Below, piece by piece: positions 40,426 to 51,082 of a DNA stretch of 64,000 nt. Under the pieces are notes generated by a model that worked only from the letters and a program-made list of their open reading frames with translations, did no database searches and had not been told where the DNA came from. How positions within the stretch are numbered: the stretch's first letter is position 1; each line of letters starts with the position of its first letter. Position numbers and translations under genes: made by a program. The DNA comes from Octopus sinensis (Eukaryota): NCBI RefSeq assembly GCF_006345805.1, contig NC_043009.1, forward strand, positions 1,488,001 to 1,552,000, read 5' to 3'.

Positions 40426-41382
40426 GAGAAAGGGGGGAGAGGAGAGAGAGAGAGAGAGAAGAGAAAGGGGGAAGAGAGAGAGAGAGAGTAGTTGAGTCAA
40501 TATGGCTTAAACTAGTAATATCGGTGGAGGAGTCGGTGGTGGTGGTGGTGGTGGTGGTGGTGGTGGTGGTGGTGGTTGGTGGTGGTGGTGGTTGGTGTCC
40601 ATAATGGCGTTACAACTAAATCAATAGAAAGCAACCAACTGTTGCAGTTATTCAGACGCAGTGGGTGGTGTGTGTGTGCATCTGTGTAAGTGTGTGCGCC
40701 TGTGTGTGTGTGTGTGCTTGTGTGAATGTGTGTGTGCGCACCTGTGTGTGTGCTTGTGAGTGTGTGCGTGTGCCTGTATGAGAGTGTGTGTGTGTGTGTG
40801 TCTGTATGAGAGAGTGTGTGTGCTTGTATGAGAATGTATGTGTGTGTATCTGTATGAGAGTGTGTTTGTGTGTGCATGTGCACCTGTATGAATGTGTGTG
40901 TGTGTGCTTGTGTATGTATGAATGTGTATGTGTGAGTAAGTGTGTGTATGTGCACATGTCTGTGTGTGATTGTGTATGTGTGTGTGTGTGTGTGTGTGTG
41001 CATATGTGCCTGTGTCTGCCAGCCTCTGTGTATGTGTGCCTGCCTGCATGTGTGTATGTGCCTGTGTGTGCGTGCATGTGTGTGTGTGTAGACATGTGTA
41101 TAGCTGTGTTTGTACCAGACTTTCACTGTGGTAATTGTTGGTGGTGGTGGTGGTGGTGGTGGTGGTGGAAGGTGAGAAACAAAGTGGTTGTGGAAGGAGG
41201 AAGAGTGGGAGGTGAGACAGTGACTAAGTATAGGCAGGCAGTCAGACAGGCAGCCAGTGGAGGCAGATTGTGCTTTTCAATGTGGAGTTTATGTGGTTCC
41301 TGTGTTTGGCTGGGTCTTCTTGACCCAGCTAGACCCGCCACCGGATTTACTGAGTGTGAGGGAGTGACTGTGTGTGTGTATG

Positions 41383-41412
<30 letters not shown>

Positions 41413-41415
<3 letters not shown>

Positions 41416-43540
41416 GTAAACAGTAAAATTAAATACAGACATGGACAAGAACATGAAACACCACAGAGACGACACAAGAACCACAGGACGGGACATTCGA
41501 AGCCCTCAGTCATCAGTCAAGAACCAGATCATCTTAGCAATTTCGGCTGATTAATCTTGAGATTGCTCCGATATGGCCAGCCCAAAGCTTCGAATGTATA
41601 CAACGAAAGGACGGGAAAACGATCGAAGTACACAAACAAAAATACAGAATACGTGACACCAATAAGAATACAAAAACGTAAAAACAATAACGGTAAAAAT
41701 AAAACATAAACAACAAAACAAAACCAGGACGTAGGACAAGGGTCTTTCGACAGGACGATTTGAGTAGGGGCTGGCTTGTGAAGTTGTGGCCTAAAGGCCA
41801 CGGGGAGACGAACAAATCCGTGTTGCTTCTGAGGCTGCTGAAAACGAAAAGAGCGCTCAACAGCGGCTAGCTGTCACGTGAGAACAAAAGACAGGAGAAA
41901 GAGAAAGGACAGATGAAAAGGGAGAGAAGGTGGACGAGGAGGAGAAGAAAGAGACAGATCGAGGGGGCTGGAGGTGAGAGAGATAGAGAAACGTAGAAAG
42001 GGGGGGGGACGGATGGAGAGGAAAAGAACGGAAGTGGAATAAGGGAGGAGGGAGAGAGAGAGAAAAAGAGACAGAGATAAAGAGTCGTATCAAGCTTGAG
42101 AAAAAAATATACTTATCGTATAAGGACAATTGTGGATACGTAGCCGCCGATATATAGGTAAACAGTAAAATTAAATACAGACATGGACAAGAACATGAAA
42201 CACCACAGAGACGACACAAGAACCACAGGACGGGACATTCGAAGCCCTCAGTCATCAGTCAAGAACCAGATCATCTTAGCAATTTCGGCTGATTAATCTT
42301 GAGATTGCTCCGATATGGCCAGCCCAAAGCTTCGAATGTATACAACGAAAGGACGGAAAACGATCGAAGTACACAAACAAAAATACAGAATACGTGACAC
42401 CAATAAGAATACAAAAACGTAAAAACAATAACGGTAAAAATAAAACATAAACAACAAAACAAAACCAGGACGTAGGACAAGGGTCTTTCGACAGGACGAT
42501 TTGAGTAGGGGCTGGCTCTTGTGAAGTTGTGCCTAAAGGCCACGGGGAGACGAACAAATCCGTGTTGCTTCTGAGGCTGCTGAAAACGAAAAGAGCGCTC
42601 AACAGCGGCTAGCTGTCACGTGAGAACAAAAGACAGGAGAAAGGGACAGATGAAAAGGGAGAGAGGTGGACGAGGGAGGAGAAGAAAGAGGACAGATCGA
42701 GGGGGCTGGAGGTGAGAGAGATAGAGAACGTAGAAAGGGGGGGGGGGACGGATGAGAGAGGGAAAGAACGGAGTGGAATAAGGGGGAGGAGGGAGAGAGA
42801 GAGAAAAAGAGACAGATTAAGAGTCGTATCAAAGCTTGAGAAAAAAAAAATATACTTATCGTATAAGGACAATTGTGGATAGTAGCCGCCGATTATATAG
42901 GTAAACAGTAAAATTAAATACAGACATGGACAAGAACATGAAACACCACAGAGACGACACAAGAACCACAGGACGGGACATTCGAAGCCCTCAGTCATCA
43001 GTCAAGAACCAGATCATCTTAGCAATTCGGCTGATTAATCTTGAGATTGCTCCGATATGGCCAGCCCAAAGCTTCGAATGTATACAACGAAAGGACGGAA
43101 AACGATCGAAGTACACAAACAAAAATACAGAATACGTGACACCAATAAGAATACAAAAACGTAAAAACAATAACGGTAAAAATAAAACATAAACAACAAA
43201 ACAAAACCAGGACGTAGGACAAGGGTCTTTCGACAGGACGATTTGAGTAGGGGCTGCTTGTGAAGTTGTGCTAAAGGCCACGGGGAGACGAAAAAATCCG
43301 TGTTGCTTCTGAGGCTGCTGAAAACGAAAAGAGCGCTCAACAGCGGCTAGCTGTCACGTGAGAACAAAAGACAGGAGAAAGGGACAGATGAAAAGGGAGA
43401 GGGAAGAAGGGACGAGGGAGGAGAAGAAAGAGACAGATCGAGGGGGCTGGAGGTGAGAGGAGATAGAGAAACGTAGAAAGGGGGGGACGGATGGAGAGGG
43501 AAAGACGGAAGTGGAATAAGGGAGGAGGGAGAGAGAGAGA
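41413..43540. repeat. complex tandem array, about 742-bp unit x 2.9
   Basis: TAGGTAAACAGT starts at 41413, 42155 and 42898. Units are near-identical, differing mostly by small indels. Confidence 0.95.
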
Positions 43541-43720
43541 TATGGTGTATAGTGTGTGTAGACTTGATATGCATCCGTCTGAGTACGTGCGTATGTGTGT
43601 GGTGGTGGTGTGTGTATATATGTAAGTGCATATGTGTATGTATATATATATAGTAGCATATATATATATACATAGGTGTGTGCATATATATATGAGTGTG
43701 TTAGTGTGTGTGTGTGTGTG

Positions 43721-43759
<39 letters not shown>

Positions 43760-43899
43760 GGTGTGTGCATATATGTATATTACATGTGTAGGTGTGTCCA
43801 TGGGATGTATATATATATACATATATATATACACCACAACATATATGTATGTGTTATTATAATATATATAATATATATATATATACACACACATATATG

Positions 43900-43947
<48 letters not shown>

Positions 43948-44382
43948 TATATGTATGTATATATATATATATATTATATATGTGTGTGTACATATATATT
44001 ATATGTGTGTGTGTGTGTGCCTATATATATGTGTGTGTTTATAGATATGTAGGTGTGTGTGCATCTTCATGTGCATATACGTGTTTGGGTGCAGCTGCAC
44101 GTTTACATCTGGAGAAACCTCCAAAGAGATTAAACACACTAAAGAACATACGCCTCACCCTCCCCGTCATTCTCGCATGTGCACATCACACATTTCTAAC
44201 TGCAAACTCTGCTGTGAACCAGAATACGTTCCCGAAAGAGGGAACCACAAAAACGGTCACAGTCCAAAGACTGAATCCAATACAAGAATATATTGTCACA
44301 GAATAACAATGCTGCATCTCTTCATTCTTCTAATCCTACTTGTGCGCATTTTGTAGAAATAACATTAAACCTACAATGTATG

Positions 44383-44431
<49 letters not shown>

Positions 44432-44492
44432 ACGATGATTTCATAAGTGGTGCTGATTTTACACTCCTGTAAATAATATAAGCTTGAAGCTT

Positions 44493-44592
44493 NNNNNNNN
44501 NNNNNNNNNNNNNNNNNNNNNNNNNNNNNNNNNNNNNNNNNNNNNNNNNNNNNNNNNNNNNNNNNNNNNNNNNNNNNNNNNNNNNNNNNNNN
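44493..44592. other. assembly gap (100 N)
   Basis: Run of 100 Ns; the left contig ends in AAGCTTGAAGCTT. Confidence 1.
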
Positions 44593-44732
44593 GGTATGTT
44601 TATGTCACTGTAACTTAGCAGTTCGGCAAAAGAGAGTGATAGAACAAGTACTAGCTTACAAGAGATAAGTCTTGGGGGCCACAGTCAAATGACAGAACAA
44701 GTAAAAGAATATATATATATCTATATATATAG

Positions 44733-44764
<32 letters not shown>

Positions 44765-45191
44765 AGAGAGAGAAAGAGAATTATAAAAGTGTATGATTAA
44801 TAGATTTGCCTGGAAACTAACAGGTTTGAAGTTCAGTCCCACTGTGCAGCACCTTCACGAAATTTCTTTATTCCTCGGTCAAATAATGACTTGTCAATTA
44901 ATTTAGTAAAAAGAAACTGTACTGAAGCCCATTTTAAGTATGTTTGAGCATGTTTGGTTCTCACGCTTCAAAGCAGTAACTTAAGAGGTTTGCTTAGAAC
45001 AGAGTGATGGAATAAGTACATGAAAAATTTAGTGCTGGGGTAGATTTGATTGTATGAAACGCTTCAAAGCAGTGCTCCAGCATGGCTGCAGATCTATGAC
45101 TAGTTGTGTGTGTGTGTGTGTACGCACGCACGCTAAGTATTTTAATTTTCAAATTGACTAGCAAGAGTGAAACCTAAGCTTTGAACAAACG

Positions 45192-45238
<47 letters not shown>

Positions 45239-45673
45239 TATATATTGAACACACACATACACACGCAAACATCTTTAGCAGGCATCCGTATCTAACTTAT
45301 GATAAGACAGACTGCTAAAGTTAGAATGGTGTAAGGGAAGTAACTCTAATAGCAATTATGCACCTTCCCTCCAAGATTATAGGTTTCTTCAGATTTCTAC
45401 TGAGTTTATTGACTTAATAAAATACCATCAAGTTCTAATTTGAAAATGGTTCAGACAATCGCATTTGTGTGCGCAAATTATTTCAGCTCGGTTGGTGAAG
45501 AAACGTAACTACGTTATAAACAAACGGCCTATTCACACTTGAAAATGTTAGTCTGTGTGTGTGTATAAATGATTATATACACAGACATACACACTATGTA
45601 TGTGTATATAAATGCATACACACATACACAAACAATGTATGTGTATATAAATGCATATATGTGTGTGTGTGTG

Positions 45674-45705
<32 letters not shown>

Positions 45706-45881
45706 ATATATATATGTGTATATAAATTCATGTGTACGTACACACACATCTTTCTCCCTCGTGTTCTGAACCCCCCTCTCTCTCACTCTGTCTGTCTCTC
45801 TTTCAATTACCACTCACCAAGCCAAGACTTTCTCCACCACCCTATATAAACACACACAATGTATGTATATATACATTCAGT

Positions 45882-46236
45882 GGAGGCGCAACGGCCCAGC
45901 AGTTAGGGCAGCAGACTCGCGGTCGTAGGATCATGGTTTCCAGACCAGATGTTGTGAGAGTTTATTGAGCGAAAACACCCAAAGCCCCACGAGGCTCTGG
46001 CAGGGGGGTGGGTGGCAAACCCTGCTGTACTTTTTCACCACAACTTTCTCTCACTCTTCCTGTTTCTGTTGTATTTGTATTTCAAAGGGGCCAGCTCATC
46101 ACTCTGTGTCACGCTAATCTCCCTGAGAAGTACATGTCTGTGGAGTGCTCGGCCACTTGCATGTTAATTTCCTGAGCAGGCTGTTCTGCTGATTGGATCA
46201 ACTGGAACCCTCGTCGTTGTAACCGACTGAGTGCCA
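45882..46236 (+). mobile_element. tRNA-derived SINE (family C)
   Basis: Head GGAGGCGCAACGGCCCAGCAGTTAGGGCAGCAGACTCGCGGTCG with A-box and a partly deleted B-box. Body unrelated to families A, B and D. Confidence 0.7.
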
Positions 46237-46359
46237 TGATATATACACATATATACATATGTATATATACACTCAACATATATACACAATATCTGGAATT
46301 ATGTCACCCCACTGCCTAGGTGAGCAAGTCTCTCTCTCTCTCTCACCCACTCTACCACA

Positions 46360-46414
<55 letters not shown>

Positions 46415-46648
46415 TTAACTTTCAGCTTCCATCTACCAAATCCACTCATGGCTATAGTATAAAACACTTGCCCACAGTGTCACACAGTGGGACTGAAGCT
46501 GAAACTATGTGGTTGGGAAGCAAGCTCTTTGCCACGCAACCACAGCCAAGCCTATCAATATCTACACCCGTGCTAGCATGGAAGGCAGATGTAAACAACA
46601 ATGATGATGATGTGTGTGTGTGTTTATATGAGAGCGTGAGTGTGTATA

Positions 46649-46689
<41 letters not shown>

Positions 46690-46692
<3 letters not shown>

Positions 46693-48051
46693 CTAAAACC
46701 AAAGTCCTAATAAGTAGGAAGGTAGAGAAATCACAACGCCTTCAGGTAGATGGCCCTGCTCGATCTGTAGAAAAGGTGTAGGTAGAAACACTATAAGATG
46801 CACCAAGTGTAAGCTATGGACACATAAGAGGTGCAGCAATGTCAAAGGAAGGCTAACTAGGAAGATGGTTTTTGTATGTGGCAGATGCTCAGGAACAATA
46901 AACACTGAAAATGCGCAGAGACCAACTTCCGCCACTTTCCAGGGAGAAAAACTAGAACTAGTTGATAGCTTCCGTTACCTAGGTGACCAAGTCAGTAGCG
47001 GGGGTGGGTGTGCTGAAAGTGTAACTGCTAGAGTAAGAATAGCCTGGGCAAAGTTCAGAGAGCTCTTACCCCTGCTGGTGACAAAAGGCCTCTCACTCAG
47101 AGTAAAAGGCAGACTGTATGATGCATGTGTACGAACAGCCATGCTACATGGTAATGAAACATGGGCCGTGACTGCTGAGGATATGCTTAAGCTCGCAAGA
47201 AATGAAGCCAGTATGCTCCGATGGATGTGTAATGTCAGTGTTCATACTTGACAGAGTGTAAGTACCTTGAGAGAAAAGTTGGACCTAAGAAGCATCAGTT
47301 GTGGTGTGCAAGAGAGACGTTTGCGCTGGTATGGTCATGTGGCGAGAATGGATGAAGATAGCTGTGTGAAAAAGTGCCACACCCTAGCGGTTGAGGGAAC
47401 TTGTGGAAGAGGTAGACCCAGGAAAACCTGGGACGAGGTGGTGAAGCACGACCTTCCAACTTTAGGTCTCACTGAGGAAATGACTAGAGACCGAGACCTA
47501 TGGAAGTATGCTGTGCGTGAGAAGACCCGGCAGGACAAGTGAGACCTTAACCCGTGGCCTCTACCTGGGACGTAGCCAGTCCACTTATGCATACCTTTCC
47601 TTCTTGGGACACAAAACTCTACTTGCGAAGACCTGTTGAGACAAGTGAAAATCGAAATTGATCAACATCAATGGAAATTGTAGCTGTGATACTAGTGCCG
47701 GTAGCACATAAGAGAACCATCCGAACATGGCCATTGCCAGCGCCGCCCCGACTGGCCTCCGTGCTGGTGGCATGTAAAAAGCACCATCTGATCGTGGCCG
47801 TTGCCAGCCTGGCCTGGTCTCCGTGCTGGTGGCCTGTAAAAAGCACCATCCGATCGTGGCCGTTTGCCAGCCTCGTCTGGCACATAAAAAGCGCCCACTA
47901 CACTCACAGAGTGGTTGACGTTAGGAAGGGCATCCAGCCATAGAAACATTGCCAGATCAGACTGGGTCTGGTGCAGCCTTCTGGCTTCCCAGACCCCAGT
48001 TGAACCATTCAACCCATGCTAGCATGGAAAGCGGACGCTAAACGATGATTA

Positions 48052-48055
<4 letters not shown>
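46690..48055 (+). mobile_element. RTEX-like LINE, 5'-truncated, with in-frame stop
   Basis: AKTKVL...WPCSICRKGVGRNTIRCTKCKLWTHKRC...FVCGRC (PHD-like finger), then FRYLGDQ...AWAKFRELLPLL...RLRWYGHVARM...GRGRPRKTW. TGA at 47249-47251; 3' UTR ends in (GAT)n. Confidence 0.9.
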
Positions 48056-48094
<39 letters not shown>

Positions 48095-50598
48095 TGCGTG
48101 TGTATATATGAGAGAGACTGATGCATATAGATGCCCAGATGCATGAATATGTATGAAGATGTGTGCATGCAAGTGTGTATGGCTGTTGATATTTCATACA
48201 ATTTATTGCTTGAGTGAATGAAACTGTTGATGAGGTTAATTTGCTTTGCTGTCAATTATGAGCAGTTGTTTCATTCTTTTTAAGACCCATTGATAATAAT
48301 CATTGATTTGTGAACAGGTTATGGCAAGTGACAAAAAATATTCAGGTACTTTATCTTTCTTCAAAAGTAAAACACCTTATTTAAAACATGCCAGAATGGA
48401 AAAGCAGGTATTCATTGAATTAAGGAATGAAATAACGAGGAACAGGTAAAGCTGAGAACAAGCTAGACATCACTGATATGATTTATGAATGTCCCAAAAA
48501 GACAACCTTTTCCTTGGGCAACATCAGCAACAAAATGAAGAAAAGCTTGAATGTAGAATTAAATACTGGTCTTCTATGGAGTAATGCTTGCATAGGAGTT
48601 CACTTATGAATGCAGTCATGTAGCTAACCCTGGTTAACTGTGGTTGCCTAATTGAAAGTGAAAGTTGCAGATTCATGAATCCTGGTTTTACATTGGCCAG
48701 ACATGTACAACACTTTCAATGAGGTTCACTATGTATTTACAATATCTGTTTTTAAGTCTGGTCCTTATTCTATTGGTCTCCATAGCCAAACAGCTAAGTT
48801 CAGGGATGTAAACAAACCAACACCAGTTATCAAGTGACTGGGAGGTGGAGAGGACAAATAAACACAATCATACACACAATGGGCTTCTACACAGTTTCCA
48901 TCTACTGAATTCACCCACAAGGCATCGGTTGACTTGGAGTTATAGTTAAGACATTTATTCAAGGTACTGTGCAATGAGACTGAACCCAAAATATTTTGGT
49001 TGCAAACTGAGCTTCGAAACCACATGACCATAATGCATCCAGGCTTTTTAAAATTCTCCACAAACATATACCATTATGGGTGGAAATGCCATTCACAACA
49101 CAGTACAATGTTAAAATAAACAGGTTACAAGCAAAAGTAATGTATTACTTGGTATAGATCATCACCATCATTTAACATCCATTTTCAATGATGGCATGGG
49201 ATGGATGGTTTGGCAGGAACTGGCACTACCAGGGACTGCACAAGGTTCCATAATCTGTTTCGGCTTGGTTCCTACAGCTGGATGTCCTTTCTAACGCTAA
49301 TTTATAGAGTGTACTGGGTGCTTTTTATGTGGCACCAGCAGCACCAGTGCTTTTAATGTGGCACCAGCACTTTTAATGCGGTACCAGCACATGTAATGTG
49401 GCACCAGCATTTTTAATGTGGCACCAGCACCAGTGCTTTTAATGTGGCACCAGCACCATATATCTAATGCTTAAGTCACAAATACCAACCAAGAGATGTT
49501 AACATCTAAGTAAATTCATGTGATAAAGTTTACAGAAATCAAATGTGTTTGACATGACTCAGGGCAGTCAACCACTCATATAACACTTGAAATCCTGATG
49601 ATGAATCTGTGAGAGTCTAGAAAAGTTGACGTTTTGGATATGTTTAGGATAGATTTTTGGATAGTTGGTTTAGGAAGTTTATGATTCCACACAGACTATA
49701 ACGGACTCAAACAAAAATATGAAGAAACCTTATTGGAAATTTAAAACTAGAACATTGTGATTCCAATACAAGACACACACACACACGCACACACACACAC
49801 ACAAACGTGCGCGCTCACATGTGTGTGTGTATTTTTAAAAGTATTTTTCCATAAGATTCACGGTTACCACACAAAAAGAATAAAATAAACAAAGCACTTC
49901 CACCACTTTCTTTGGTAAATGGAAATTCAATTAAAAAAAAGCTAAATATATAAACAATTAATTATTAGTAATAGAATTTAAAAAAAATATATAAATAAAT
50001 GAATGCAAAATAGACATAAAAGGTGCAACGCTTTTCCCCCGGAAATATAAGTGATAAGAATGTGACTAACTGTTATATTGTTTAAGACATAACTATTAGC
50101 TGTTAACAAAAGCACCAAGATACAGATATTAACTTCAAACAAAAGAATATTCTCCATAATTGCTAGTTTAGGTAAAACTAACAATAGACAGAGTATTGAG
50201 GGTGGAAATGAAGGTGTTTGGGGGTGGGGTCGGGTGGAGGAACTTCCATTTGTTTGGCACAAAGGAAATAAGAACAGTGAGGATAGGAAGGAGGAGGAGC
50301 AGTGCAGTTGATGATATGGGTTTTTTTATGTTTATGTTAAGATTAGAAATAAAAGGTGTTAAATTAATTAAAATTTCAACATCACTAACAAAATTCTTTT
50401 TTTTTTTTTTATATATTTTTTCTACTACTTTCAGCTGTTGGACTTCTGCCAAACTGAAGCAATGCCTTCAGGGGTTTTGTCTATCATATCAAAGCTTTGG
50501 TATTTTTTTTTCTCTCTAATTCTTATTTTATCAATCCTATTTATCAAGCAGCTAAGTTAGTTTGTGGTGCACCATTTTGTTTTAACATTGGTCCACAC

Positions 50599-50763
50599 CA
50601 GTGCTCTGCAACTGTTTTATACTTGCAGTACACTTATAGTCTTTCGGAAATTCAGCAACACACCTGAGCTAAAAATATAACTAAAAAGTATAGAGAATAA
50701 AATTATAATCAGGTTACACTGTGGCACACCTGTGTGCCATGGCACACTGGTTGCAGAGCACTG
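50599..50763. mobile_element. hAT-superfamily MITE with 8-bp TSD
   Basis: Perfect 14-bp TIR CAGTGCTCTGCAAC; TSD GTCCACAC at 50591-50598 and 50764-50771; subterminal GTGTGCCATGGCACAC palindrome. Confidence 0.9.
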
Positions 50764-51082
50764 GTCCACACAAACATAGACATATTAACAGTTTATATAG
50801 AACAAGAACTCTAGAAATATGCAAACACACCCATCACTTACTTTCTGTCTTTGACTGTATTGTTTATGTTTGTCTTGGTGCCTGCCCCTCTGCAACCGCT
50901 TGACAACCAGTGTTGGTTTGTTTACATCCCCATAACTTAGCAGTTCAACAAAAGAGACCAAGAGAATAAGTACCATGTTTTAAAAATAAGTGCTGGGTTG
51001 GTGCATTCAACTATAAAATTCTTCAAGGTAGTGCCCCAGCATGGCCACAGTCTAATGTCTGAAACCAGTAAAAGATAGAAGA

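Noticed and set aside
41500-41520. Minus-strand CTGATGA/CTGA in the tandem unit as a hammerhead or C/D snoRNA
   Set aside because: There is no valid stem II, GAAA or stem I geometry, and box C is not near the 5' terminal stem.
41872-42399. TGTCACGT...ACGTGACA as LTR termini (tandem TRIM)
   Set aside because: An 8-bp inverted match is expected by chance in a 742-bp unit, and there is no PBS or polypurine tract at the proper positions.
44480-44492. AAGCTTGAAGCTT (two HindIII sites) next to the gap
   Set aside because: Most likely a scaffolding or assembly feature or chance, not biology.
49595-49635. CTGATGA...GAAAAG as another hammerhead
   Set aside because: Stem II and stem I pair poorly; too degenerate to support.
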